Shown in pieces: positions 17,038 to 26,567 of a stretch of DNA of 62,906 nucleotides (position 1 is the first letter of the stretch; each line of letters begins with the position of its first letter). This DNA is from a virus (lineage: Duplodnaviria > Caudoviricetes). Where the stretch lies: the IMG/VR virus record IMGVR_UViG_3300020183_000075, positions 1 to 62,906 of that record; one strand, given 5' to 3'. A model generated the notes under the pieces. It was not told the DNA's origin and searched no databases. It was given only the letters and a program-made list of their open reading frames with translations. The position numbers and the translations under genes are program-made.

Positions 17038-18969
17038 TTACGGTTTGTATTTTATTATTTCTGCAGGACTAATTTGAGCGATTCGTGGATCGCCTATCAT
17101 AGATCCTGCTAATATGGCTCTTTGTGCTTGGGCTTCTGGAGTGTTTGCGGTTGCCAGCAGATCTTGCGCCACATTTCCGGCTAAATTAATTCCGGAACCC
17201 ACAGATCTTGCTAACCGAGATCGAGAACCTAAAAGTGCACCACCTACACCCGATTTAACTAGTCCTACTAATCCAGAAACTTGTCCTAAGTTTGGTGCTC
17301 CACCCATAGTTGCAAGCACATCGGTGATAGGATTTTTCATTAATTGTTGAACTGTTCTGATTCCTTTTCCTTTGGTATAACCGGCTTGGCCTAAAAGAAC
17401 AGGAGAACGGTCCATGGGATGTTTCATCTGTAATGGATTTAAGTATTTTAAAACGTCTCTGATAGCTATTGCTGGTGTTCTTTTTGTGGTAACGCCTGCG
17501 TTTGTTGTTTTTGTTGTGACAGCGGTTTTAACGTCTTTGTATTTGCCGGTTAGCCAGTCCCAACCAGACGGTCCACCAAAAGGACTACCGGTTGCACTTT
17601 CCAGTAGGGATGATAATTCTTTATGACCAAAACGATAAGTTTCAGCAACAGCTTGCACACCACCAACACCTGCTCGTCTTGCACCATAACGAGCGTCTCC
17701 TTGTCTCGTGGATGATTCTTTGTTTGAAGCTAAAGATGATGCTTGGCCTGTGACTGCTCGTTTTGCTACTCCTTGGGTGAGTATTGGTTGATTTAGTGAC
17801 TGATTTCGCATTCCGGCAATAACAATTTTATCTTCTTGCGAACGACTTAATTTTGGTGCTACTGGTGTATTCATACTTATTTGAACTCCGCTATGAGTAT
17901 CGGCATCGCTAGGACTTCCTTCTGCAGTGCCTTTTGATGTAACAGCCGGAGGCATACCACCTCGTGGTGAAAGAGGATTGCCCGTAGCACTCACAGGAGC
18001 TGGAAGATTTTTATTATCTCCAAAAACTCCGCTTTGTGTTGAAGGCTGGGCTGGAGCTTGTTCTGGTTTTGTGTTTGAACTGTAAGCAGCAGAGGTTCCG
18101 GTCATAGAACCACTGGTGTAATTAGCCATAGCTCCAATCTCCGCTGCTTTACTCGGATCTTTAGCTATAATACTTTGAATAGCAGTTTGTTGAGCGTTTT
18201 TTAATCGTGTTGCACGATTTCTTTCTGCTTGTTCTTCTCGTTCTGCTCTGCGAGCATCAGAATCTTGTTTGTTAAACTGTCTTTGTAATAGTTCTAACTG
18301 TCTTCTGATTTCAGGATCATTTACAGTATTTGGATCTTTTGCTGCTCGTTCTTTAATAGCATCAATATCAATAGTTTGACCATCAGCAAGAGTTACGCTA
18401 CCACTACGAGTAGCCAACTTAGCCAAACGTCTAGCAGCAAAAGTATCTTGTGCGGCTTTAACTTGTTTAAGTTCTGCAGCTCGTTCTTTTGCACGTTTGT
18501 CGTCTAATTGTTTATCAAATTCTGCACGCTCTACAGGACCCATTGCCGCAAGTCGTGCTTTTGATTGTTCGTAGGCTGCTAGTTGTTCACGCTCTGCAGC
18601 AGTAGCCGGAGGTCTAGAAGTATTTACTAATACATTACTGCCTCTACCGGTTACAGGATCTGTAAGAACTGGTAAACGCTCTCCTACATTAGGATTTGCA
18701 TTTATTTCACGAGCACGAACGTCTGCAATAGTTTGACCGGTTCGACGTGCTTCTTCTCCTTGACGATCTATATTTCTTAAAAAATCTTGAACGCCATCTG
18801 ATGTTGGTGATATACCAGACACATTTTTATCCTGGTTTCTAATAGTTTCAATAGTTTCTTCAGTTTTAGACATTTTTTGTTTGTCGTTATCACTCATACC
18901 ATCCCAGGTTTCTTGAGGAATCCAGTCTGGTTTTATGGCTTCTACTAGAAATTTTAGATCCACTTTCAT
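17038..18969 (-). CDS. Large low-complexity protein between gp21 and gp22; candidate internal head/ejection protein
   Basis: 643 aa; Ala/Arg/Gln coiled coil, Pro/Ser linker, Gly-rich amphipathic C-terminus; head operon position. Confidence 0.55.
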   Translation of the reverse strand: MKVDLKFLVEAIKPDWIPQETWDGMSDNDKQKMSKTEETIETIRNQDKNVSGISPTSDGVQDFLRNIDRQGEEARRTGQTIADVRAREINANPNVGERLPVLTDPVTGRGSNVLVNTSRPPATAAEREQLAAYEQSKARLAAMGPVERAEFDKQLDDKRAKERAAELKQVKAAQDTFAARRLAKLATRSGSVTLADGQTIDIDAIKERAAKDPNTVNDPEIRRQLELLQRQFNKQDSDARRAEREEQAERNRATRLKNAQQTAIQSIIAKDPSKAAEIGAMANYTSGSMTGTSAAYSSNTKPEQAPAQPSTQSGVFGDNKNLPAPVSATGNPLSPRGGMPPAVTSKGTAEGSPSDADTHSGVQISMNTPVAPKLSRSQEDKIVIAGMRNQSLNQPILTQGVAKRAVTGQASSLASNKESSTRQGDARYGARRAGVGGVQAVAETYRFGHKELSSLLESATGSPFGGPSGWDWLTGKYKDVKTAVTTKTTNAGVTTKRTPAIAIRDVLKYLNPLQMKHPMDRSPVLLGQAGYTKGKGIRTVQQLMKNPITDVLATMGGAPNLGQVSGLVGLVKSGVGGALLGSRSRLARSVGSGINLAGNVAQDLLATANTPEAQAQRAILAGSMIGDPRIAQISPAEIIKYKP

Positions 18970-18972
18970 TGA

Positions 18973-19617
18973 TTATATCTTTCGTAAAAAGTCTTCGAAC
19001 AGCTTGATTGCTTTTTCTTCTAATTTTCTAGAAGATGTTTTTCTGATCTCATTTTTATATTCTTCTATGGTTCGCTCTTCTAGCATGCCATTATTCCAGA
19101 TCCATTCTTTACCTTCCATGATTCCGTTAACGAAAGCACCAGGAGCAGACGGATCAGCAACAATATCTACTGCAGAAAGCATAAAGTCTGATTGAACTTC
19201 ATTAAATCCGTTTCGTTGTTTTAATGAACCCATACCACGACTAGAAACACCCAATTTTGCGCCCTCATCGATAAGATTTTTAACGATGTTGCCCATGGGG
19301 GTTTTCATGATCTTAGCCTTACCCCACACATCATTACCGTTAGTATTGAATTCTTTAATGATGTGAGATACACGATCAAGATTAACTGTTGGACTTGCTG
19401 GGTGGTTTAACTCGCCAAAAGCACGATTATTCTGTACATATTCTCTGCTATAACGAGATACTTCATTTAAAAGAATATTCTTTGGATATACTCTTTTGTT
19501 TCTGTTTAAAGTATCGGCTTGCATGAAAGGACCTTCAATAAAGTAGGTCTTTTCGCCGCTCTCATCAGATTCAGTTAGAAACTTAATATCTTCAACTGTT
19601 TCTGTTATTAGTTTCAT
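18973..19617 (-). CDS. 21: Prohead core protease (gp21)
   Basis: MKLITE, NRNKRVYP, GELNHP, LDRVSH, GVSSRGMGS, DIVADPSAPGAFV.GIME. Confidence 0.98.
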   Translation of the reverse strand: MKLITETVEDIKFLTESDESGEKTYFIEGPFMQADTLNRNKRVYPKNILLNEVSRYSREYVQNNRAFGELNHPASPTVNLDRVSHIIKEFNTNGNDVWGKAKIMKTPMGNIVKNLIDEGAKLGVSSRGMGSLKQRNGFNEVQSDFMLSAVDIVADPSAPGAFVNGIMEGKEWIWNNGMLEERTIEEYKNEIRKTSSRKLEEKAIKLFEDFLRKI

Positions 19618-20012
19618 CAGTCTTCCTCTTCTTCATCAGCTTCTTCATCTTTTTCTGATTCTTCATCAGCTTCTTCATCTTCTTGGTCTTCGGACCCACC
19701 TTCTTCTTCTTCCTCAGATTGCTCCTCGTCCTCGGCTTCATCCTCTTCTCCTGAAATAGCTTTACCGATTGCTTCTCTACGGTTCTTGAGGTAACTATCG
19801 GTTTCATCAGAATCGCCATCATTATCGATGTCTTCATCTTCTTGACCAACAGCATCTAATTTTTCAAATAAAGTTGGAGCGTAAGCTTCAAACTTCTCGC
19901 TTAAAATTTTTGTAAGTTTTTCATTTAATTGTTCTTTTAGGACGGTTTGTGCTTGTACAAGATTTTCTTCAGCTACCATCTTGATAAAAGAATTTATTGA
20001 TTTGTTACTCAT
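19617..20012 (-). CDS. Acidic prohead core protein (gp67-like)
   Basis: Position between portal and protease; very acidic tail; KLDAVGQEDEDIDNDGDSDETDSYLKNRR motif. Confidence 0.6.
   Translation of the reverse strand: MSNKSINSFIKMVAEENLVQAQTVLKEQLNEKLTKILSEKFEAYAPTLFEKLDAVGQEDEDIDNDGDSDETDSYLKNRREAIGKAISGEEDEAEDEEQSEEEEEGGSEDQEDEEADEESEKDEEADEEEED
19629..19681. repeat. 23-nt direct repeat encoding DEEADEE
   Basis: ttcttcatcagcttcttcatctt at 19629-19651 and 19659-19681. Confidence 0.8.
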
Positions 20013-20418
20013 GGTTCATCCTTTTGCTTTCTATTTTTGCCAGTTTTACTATTTTATTAAACGATTCTTGTGATTCTGACAATAATTTTACCAGTCTTTC
20101 TCTGTTTCCATTATTTAGACTTTCATAAAGTTTACTGATATTATTCTGCTCTTCTACCTCTAATATTCCAATATTTCCGTCTTTTAGCCGATATGATTTT
20201 TCTGGATAGAATTTAACAGAATCTTCTTTTATTGGTTGTTTTTTATCCGAACAATCTTCACTTAATCCTATAGAATTAAGTATATTTTGACGCTCCGTTA
20301 ATGACAAATTAAATATCAGATCAGTGGCTCTGTTTGTTATTTCTTCTTTTAATACAGTTTTAAATTTATCTGGATGGCCATGAAGAACAAATTCAATTAG
20401 TCGTTTTTTAGTATTCAT
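20005..20418 (-). CDS. Prohead core protein-like (gp67/gp68 position)
   Basis: Immediately downstream of the portal; LYESLN..NRERL..LLSES..SF helical pattern. Confidence 0.55.
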   Translation of the reverse strand: MNTKKRLIEFVLHGHPDKFKTVLKEEITNRATDLIFNLSLTERQNILNSIGLSEDCSDKKQPIKEDSVKFYPEKSYRLKDGNIGILEVEEQNNISKLYESLNNGNRERLVKLLSESQESFNKIVKLAKIESKRMNHE

Positions 20419-21998
20419 TGAGGAGGCCCTTGTTCTTCTTGTTCTTGTGCTTGAGCTTCTTCAGGAGATTCTCCGCTCATCATTTGTTGATAAGCTTGCA
20501 TTTCCTGAGCTTCTATTTGTTGTTGCTGTTCTCTGTTTATCTGTGCATTTATTTCTAAAATTTCTTCTTCAGGTTGCATCAAGAAGTGTTTGCGAACATA
20601 TTCTTCAGAGAAGAATCGTCCTATGAACGGAGTAACAGCAGCAATGATATCTAATCTTTCTCGTAGAATATCATTACGTTTTAGTTCTGTAAAATATGAA
20701 TCTTGGTTGAAAGTAAACGAAATATCCTGACTGATACGATTCCAATCTTCTAATGACATTAACCCTTTAAGCAAAACTTGGGTTTTTAATATATCAAAGA
20801 ATAAAACACTGAAACGTTGTCGCAGATTGTCAATAAATTTAGTAAATTTAACTTCATCTCTGGTTATTTCTGCAGAACGTCCCATATTAAAGCCAGTATC
20901 TGGCATCATTCTGGATAAAGGAACTCCCAGAGCGCGATACAGTTTTTGTTGCAGATATAACACATCTTCCATCTGACCAAGATTTTGTCCACCATCTAGA
21001 GTTGTAATTTCTGTGCCTCTACCACCTTCACGACGAGGCATCCAATAATCTTCAAGCATGTGCATGTGATTTCTGCCGTCACGAATATTTCCGGTTGCAG
21101 GATCATAGGTTATCTTGTTACGATAACGATTCATGATTTCTCTTAGATATTGTTCTGCTTTCTGCTTAGGCAGATTACCTACGTCCACATAGAATATACG
21201 TCGTTCTGGAGCACGAGAAATACGATAGATTGCAACTGCGTCTTCTATTTGGCGTAGAAGATTTAAAGGTCTAACAGCTTTTTGTAAATAACCGACTACT
21301 CGTTTGGTAGTAGCATCTACTATGCCTGAATGAGTGTATGCAACTGCATCGGGTGCAATTTTCCAACCAGAACTAGAAGTGGGATATGCAGAGTCTTTAT
21401 CTGTATCAGCATAAAGATAATATTCTTCAATTTTCTTTACTGGAGCAAAAGGAGCAGAACCACCCCAAACTGCCTTATCTTTCTCTATCTTGCGTATTTT
21501 CTTTATTTTAACAGGATCGATAGGAACTAGTTCTACTATTCCTTTTTTGATATCATTTTTATCAATTCGCTTGTAGTAGAACAATTTAGAATCAATATAC
21601 CATCTTCTAAAAATGTCGGCTGCACGATTAGAAAAATCCATCAATCTAAGAATGTAATTAAACTCTGAATAAATTTTAGTCTTGATGGATTCAGATAGAT
21701 TTACACGATCTAAATTTAATTTTATTGGTTTTCTATCTTGATCCAACACTATCGCTTCGGTGACAATATCTTCGATTGCTGCATCAACTTCGGGATACAG
21801 AGACATTGCACGATATTGTGCAAGCATTTGATTTTCATCACGAATAGCCCCAGAAAAGTCAACGAACGTACCGAATACTCCACCGGTTTCTAAAATATAA
21901 GAACCGTCGTAAGAATCGGGCGTTAGTACTTCGCCTGCTGGTCTAGACTCTTCTTTTTTCTTTTTGCCTAAGCTGTATCCAAATAATTCAAATTCCAT
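20415..21998 (-). CDS. 20: Portal protein (gp20)
   Basis: YRISRAPERRIFYVDVGNLPKQKAEQYL, MLEDYWMPRREGGRGTEITTL.GGQNLG, EITRDEVKF. Confidence 0.99.
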   Translation of the reverse strand: MEFELFGYSLGKKKKEESRPAGEVLTPDSYDGSYILETGGVFGTFVDFSGAIRDENQMLAQYRAMSLYPEVDAAIEDIVTEAIVLDQDRKPIKLNLDRVNLSESIKTKIYSEFNYILRLMDFSNRAADIFRRWYIDSKLFYYKRIDKNDIKKGIVELVPIDPVKIKKIRKIEKDKAVWGGSAPFAPVKKIEEYYLYADTDKDSAYPTSSSGWKIAPDAVAYTHSGIVDATTKRVVGYLQKAVRPLNLLRQIEDAVAIYRISRAPERRIFYVDVGNLPKQKAEQYLREIMNRYRNKITYDPATGNIRDGRNHMHMLEDYWMPRREGGRGTEITTLDGGQNLGQMEDVLYLQQKLYRALGVPLSRMMPDTGFNMGRSAEITRDEVKFTKFIDNLRQRFSVLFFDILKTQVLLKGLMSLEDWNRISQDISFTFNQDSYFTELKRNDILRERLDIIAAVTPFIGRFFSEEYVRKHFLMQPEEEILEINAQINREQQQQIEAQEMQAYQQMMSGESPEEAQAQEQEEQGPPQ

Positions 21999-22009
21999 AA
22001 TATATCCTA

Positions 22010-22603
22010 TTAAGTTCCACTAGCAGTGGTTATTGGCGCGTTATCATATGTATAATGAGAATACATGAGAGTTACAGCAAACGAACCTAAAACGTTATCT
22101 TGACTCATATCAAGAACCAGAGGCCCAACAGCAATAGGCCAAACATTAAATAAACTAAAAGTTCTTCCTGGAAGTGGATTATCACAGTTTACTTCATATT
22201 GTTTTACGACCCAAGATTTACTCCACAATGAGCTGGGATTGGTAGAACCATCTGGAAATGTTGTTTTATTTCCACCATGAGAATTGATTCTATCATGCCA
22301 ATCGTGGAACATTTTGTGTAAATTTTCTGGATCGGTTTGACCCCCCGCATGATCGTCTAATATTGTGATTTCCCATGGTTGATATGTACGATCACCGTGA
22401 TATGTCACGGTTCTTCCTCTATAATTTATTGCTATGGGGCCAACCGAAGCTTCTGGCAGTGTTGCACTTCTAATATGGAATGGACTTATTTTATTTGCAT
22501 TATCGGGAGCACCGGGTTTTATTGATCCTTCAACAACAAAGCGATTTAAGCGAGTGCCTCCCTTAAATCCGTTAATGAAATCGTTTATCGACTGATTAGC
22601 CAT
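22010..22603 (-). CDS. 19: Tail tube protein (gp19)
   Basis: GGTRLNRFVV, ATLP, YRGR...GDRTYQPWEITILDD, NVWP..VG. Confidence 0.93.
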   Translation of the reverse strand: MANQSINDFINGFKGGTRLNRFVVEGSIKPGAPDNANKISPFHIRSATLPEASVGPIAINYRGRTVTYHGDRTYQPWEITILDDHAGGQTDPENLHKMFHDWHDRINSHGGNKTTFPDGSTNPSSLWSKSWVVKQYEVNCDNPLPGRTFSLFNVWPIAVGPLVLDMSQDNVLGSFAVTLMYSHYTYDNAPITTASGT

Positions 22604-22619
22604 AACTTCTTTCTGTATA

Positions 22620-23768
22620 TTAGATTATACTGACAGTAAATACAGTTTCTCCATCAACATCATTTATTGCATTGAGTATGATATTTTCTGCATATACAGG
22701 AACTCTTAACGAAACATTAATAACTAGTTTTCCTTGATTTATTGTTGCGGTTGTGTTGTTAGTTTCATCGCAAGTAATACTGTAACTTCCACCACCAGCA
22801 CTAGAAAGCACATATATGTCTTTTAAGAATGAATCTACATTTCTTGAAAGGGTTTCACGTGTTGCTTGGTTGTTGCTCTGATATAAGTATTGTTTCAGTA
22901 TAGTTTTTAGGTTTCTCTTGATGTAGTTAAGTAGAACAACTACGTTGAGTTTATCTAACACGCTATTTGAATTATTTTTATATGTCTTATTTCCTAACAA
23001 ATACGATCCAAATCCAGAGTATTGACGTACAGGATTTATGTTATTTTGTTTAAGATAAGTGGATTCTAAATCACTAAATGTTTGAGTTAAAGATATTACA
23101 TTTTTAATTGCTTTAGTTGGACCTATGCCTGCAATTATTGGAAAAAAATCAAAAGAAGACACATTAGAATTGTAAGCCATCACACCAGCAATATCTGCAC
23201 TACAATTCAGAGTTGTGTATGAGCTAGGCCAAGTAGAATATATTGACTTGATATCGATTTGTTTTCTTCCACCAATAAAAGAAATGTATTCCGAACTGGC
23301 TAAAGTTACACCAAAATCTTCTTCTTCAGAATCGTAAAGAGAATCGATTCCTGTAAGATTGCTTTTGTTACCAATCAAAGCAACACAATCTTGTCGAGAG
23401 TTAGCAATGTTTGCAGCTGCGCCTGCTGAATATGTGTTGCCGCAATCAAAAACTACATCCAAATCAGAAATTAAACTGGTGTTGTGTAGTGGAGTAGATG
23501 TAAGACTATAACTAGTATACGAACCCGTGGATCCAGTACCACCAACATAGCAAGTTCCATAACCATAATCTAAGAATTGATATACAGATAACCACTCATT
23601 TTTCCAAGATCCGGTAGGCCCAGAACTGAAATTTTTTGTATTTAATCTAGAAATCCAATCAGTTTTACTGGTAATAGACATCAATCCCTGTTCTATTTCG
23701 GCAGTAACGCCTAGAGTGGGTATCAAGCCATTGGTAGATAATGTTCCAGCTTTAAAGTTATAGGCCAT
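22620..23768 (-). CDS. 18: Tail sheath protein (gp18), unusually short and divergent
   Basis: Lies between gp17 and gp19; SRQDCVALI, L...NINPVR, LLGNKT, LDKLNV..L, Y.ITCDETNNT, P..AE.I.L sheath C-domain motifs. Confidence 0.85.
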   Translation of the reverse strand: MAYNFKAGTLSTNGLIPTLGVTAEIEQGLMSITSKTDWISRLNTKNFSSGPTGSWKNEWLSVYQFLDYGYGTCYVGGTGSTGSYTSYSLTSTPLHNTSLISDLDVVFDCGNTYSAGAAANIANSRQDCVALIGNKSNLTGIDSLYDSEEEDFGVTLASSEYISFIGGRKQIDIKSIYSTWPSSYTTLNCSADIAGVMAYNSNVSSFDFFPIIAGIGPTKAIKNVISLTQTFSDLESTYLKQNNINPVRQYSGFGSYLLGNKTYKNNSNSVLDKLNVVVLLNYIKRNLKTILKQYLYQSNNQATRETLSRNVDSFLKDIYVLSSAGGGSYSITCDETNNTTATINQGKLVINVSLRVPVYAENIILNAINDVDGETVFTVSII

Positions 23769-23789
23769 ATTTTCCCTCTATTATAAAAA

Positions 23790-23797
23790 TATTTATA
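23790..23797 (-). promoter_or_regulatory. T4 late promoter TATAAATA upstream of gp18
   Basis: Exact consensus in the gp17/gp18 gap. Confidence 0.8.
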
Positions 23798-23801
23798 ATT
23801 T

Positions 23802-25448
23802 TTACAAATTGATATCTTCTTCACTATCAGAACTGGAAATAAAGCCAAAACTAAACCAGTCGTCATCTTCAATTTTCTTGATTTCGCCATCAAAAAGCTC
23901 TTTTCGTATGTCAATATTCGTTATTTCTTTAAAATATGATTGTTTTGTTAACCACGAAAACAGCACCAAACACATCACCAAATCGTCGGTATGGCCATCG
24001 TCTGCAGCAAAGGTATTATATTTTGCCACAAAGGATAATAATTCTTTGATTGTGTCTTCATCCTCTATTATCAGTTTATCTTGTTCTATAAGACTTTTTA
24101 GAATAGAACATCCCAGTTTTTTAACTGTAGCGGTAGTTCTTACGCCAAACAGAGACTCTCCTTTACCGAATCCACCATTTAAAACCATGCCAGAACGACC
24201 CCTATTAGTACTCATTAAAATGTTATCATATTCTAGATCGTGGTGTAATATGTCTGCAACTTGCCCACCAATATCGTTAACTTCTACCAGAACATAAGCG
24301 TCTTTATATTTTTTACCCATAGCAGCAATAACTGTGGGAAGAAGCATGGGAGAAATTATATTATTTCTATATTTTGCCACTATTTTATATGGTGCGTCGG
24401 TTATATCAAACACCAATATTGCACTATAATCTTTTCCTTGACCTCTAGAAGTATCTACGGTCATTACATATACTCTGTTGTCTTTAGGTTCTTCGTATAT
24501 CCAAAGTCCTTCTTTACTAACTCCTAATGGTCGTCTTGAGGACAATACGTGCAGTTTAGCAGAAGAAATTAGGGTGTTAGAAGAGCCGATAAAATCGCAA
24601 TCGTATTCGCTTTGAAACTTTTGCTCTCCACCAGAACCTCCACCTAATTGTTTAATGGTTCGTTCTTTCCATTTTTGGTCGCGCATAGGACCACTCGGAT
24701 ACAGAGGAACCTGACTCCAGTGGACTTCTATAGGAATATAATCATTTCGGCCTTCTTCTCCGCGCTTTCTGTTGGCCCCCTGCCAAAGGCTGTAAAACAT
24801 GTTTAAACCGTTTGGAGTAGATACAATGATAACTTTGGTGGTTTGGCCCGAAGTAATAGTGGGATATACGGAGCTAAAAAACTCGTCCGCAACGTTGGGT
24901 GGAACGTGGGCAAACTCGTCTAAAAAGATAACGTTATACGAACCACCACGGACGGCAGAAGCAGAGGTGGCAGAAGCCATGACACGCGAACCATTTTCCA
25001 GCGAAATAGAAGTTTTATTCCATTCAACAACGCCATGTTGTAACCATTTTGGCAGATATTCATACGCTTCTTTAAGGCGCTTCATGATCTCTGTAGCCGT
25101 CTTTAACTTGTTAGCAAGAATAGCAATATTGACGCTCTGATTAAAGATTAGATAATGAACCATCCATGCAACAGTTGTAGTTGTTTTGCCGGTTTGGCGT
25201 GGTAGTTTTGCTATAACGTAACGATTATCTTGTATGGTATTTACAATCTTTTCTTGATAATCGTATAAATTAAAAGGCTCCAGTCCTTTATCAAGAGTAA
25301 CTATTTTAATATATTTTTTAATAAAATATACAGGATCATTGGCACACTTTACATACTCTTCTACCTGTTCTTTGGTAAACTCAATCTGAAAACCAACTTC
25401 TTTAAGATTGGGATTGCCTAGATATCCTGTTTTCTTTTTATAGCCCAT
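23802..25448 (-). CDS. 17: Terminase large subunit (gp17)
   Basis: YLGNPNLK, PRQTGKTT, IFLDEFAH, STPNG.N.FY, VDTSRGQGKDYSA, DDLVM. Confidence 0.98.
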   Translation of the reverse strand: MGYKKKTGYLGNPNLKEVGFQIEFTKEQVEEYVKCANDPVYFIKKYIKIVTLDKGLEPFNLYDYQEKIVNTIQDNRYVIAKLPRQTGKTTTTVAWMVHYLIFNQSVNIAILANKLKTATEIMKRLKEAYEYLPKWLQHGVVEWNKTSISLENGSRVMASATSASAVRGGSYNVIFLDEFAHVPPNVADEFFSSVYPTITSGQTTKVIIVSTPNGLNMFYSLWQGANRKRGEEGRNDYIPIEVHWSQVPLYPSGPMRDQKWKERTIKQLGGGSGGEQKFQSEYDCDFIGSSNTLISSAKLHVLSSRRPLGVSKEGLWIYEEPKDNRVYVMTVDTSRGQGKDYSAILVFDITDAPYKIVAKYRNNIISPMLLPTVIAAMGKKYKDAYVLVEVNDIGGQVADILHHDLEYDNILMSTNRGRSGMVLNGGFGKGESLFGVRTTATVKKLGCSILKSLIEQDKLIIEDEDTIKELLSFVAKYNTFAADDGHTDDLVMCLVLFSWLTKQSYFKEITNIDIRKELFDGEIKKIEDDDWFSFGFISSSDSEEDINL

Positions 25449-25890
25449 TGTTATTATCTAAAAATGTTTGACTTTCCAAAGCCTTTTTACGACTGCGGTC
25501 TTTGTTAATCAAATCTTGTAATTCACTTGTAGAACCAACATATATGGAATTATTGGTTGTATTTTTAACGCTAACAGTCTCTTTTTTAACCGTTTTAGCT
25601 TTTTGGTGTAGGTCCAAAAGATCTTTGTTCATATCTGCTACTGTTTTTAACAGCTGAGAAACTACTTCATATGCTCGCGGAGAATCTCCTGCTTTTGCTA
25701 CTTTAAGTATTTCTTCGATGGCATCAGAACCATTTGCTATAAGCATTTTTATGTTATCTTTGGCGTATTGAAAATCTAGATCTAAATTTTTTTCTTCTTT
25801 ATCTTTATTTTCTATGGGTTGGATTGTTTTTTCTTCAACTGGCCCGATAAAATCAATACCCAGTGATTTAGAAATAATATCATTACTCAT
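25438..25890 (-). CDS. 16: Terminase small subunit (gp16)
   Basis: DFQYAKDN, SPRAYEV..QL.K.VAD, NNSIYVGSTSELQ. Confidence 0.93.
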   Translation of the reverse strand: MSNDIISKSLGIDFIGPVEEKTIQPIENKDKEEKNLDLDFQYAKDNIKMLIANGSDAIEEILKVAKAGDSPRAYEVVSQLLKTVADMNKDLLDLHQKAKTVKKETVSVKNTTNNSIYVGSTSELQDLINKDRSRKKALESQTFLDNNNGL

Positions 25891-25895
25891 AATTA

Positions 25896-26567
25896 TTATC
25901 CTGTAATACCAAACGTTATTCCATCTATTAACAATTCTCCAATACCTTCGAAATTTGTTATTTTGTATTCTGTGGCTTCTTTTCCATAAACATATGATTT
26001 AGCATTAAAAATATACGAACTTATTATCGATCTTCTGCTATTAAAATCGCCTTCATATTCTTGTATCAGATTTGTCTGCATAAGAGTAATAGGAATATCT
26101 ACTTTTCTATGCAAATCTGTTAGATTCATTGTTATCACAAATTCTGGACTAAAATAAGGCAATATTTGTTCCATTATTTGTAAATTTTCATCGATATTTC
26201 TAGTATATGCGTATAAACCAAATGTAAAATTATAAGGAACTTCAGAGTATGAAGCAGAACCTGTTAAGCCTGTTGTGTTGTTTATTTTTCGTTTTAATTT
26301 GTTTATGTGTCTAACAGGATCGTATGTGATGTTTGTTATCTCAAATGCAAGTTGAGGAATGCTTAATTCAACTCTAGTAAGATCACTAATAGAGCTTGGG
26401 AGAATTAAACGCTTAACAAATTTTTCTTTAGGAGAATACGTTAAAGGAACTAAAATGTCGTGATTTTCTCCCGTAGAAGTTTTCTGCATTACATGAAAAT
26501 TATTAAATAACGAACCAAAAGCAATAACAAGCTTTCGTATTGATTCGTTTTTATAATACGTAAACAT
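25896..26567 (-). CDS. 15: Tail terminator / sheath stabiliser (gp15)
   Basis: IRKLVIAFGSLFNN, VPLTYSPKEKF, VPYN, QIMEQILPYFSPE. Confidence 0.93.
   Translation of the reverse strand: MFTYYKNESIRKLVIAFGSLFNNFHVMQKTSTGENHDILVPLTYSPKEKFVKRLILPSSISDLTRVELSIPQLAFEITNITYDPVRHINKLKRKINNTTGLTGSASYSEVPYNFTFGLYAYTRNIDENLQIMEQILPYFSPEFVITMNLTDLHRKVDIPITLMQTNLIQEYEGDFNSRRSIISSYIFNAKSYVYGKEATEYKITNFEGIGELLIDGITFGITG

Noticed and set aside
7885-25448. Inteins, introns or homing endonucleases in gp46, uvsW, gp20, gp17 or gp23
   Set aside because: Proteins have ordinary lengths with contiguous motifs; no intein, LAGLIDADG, HNH or GIY-YIG signature was noticed.
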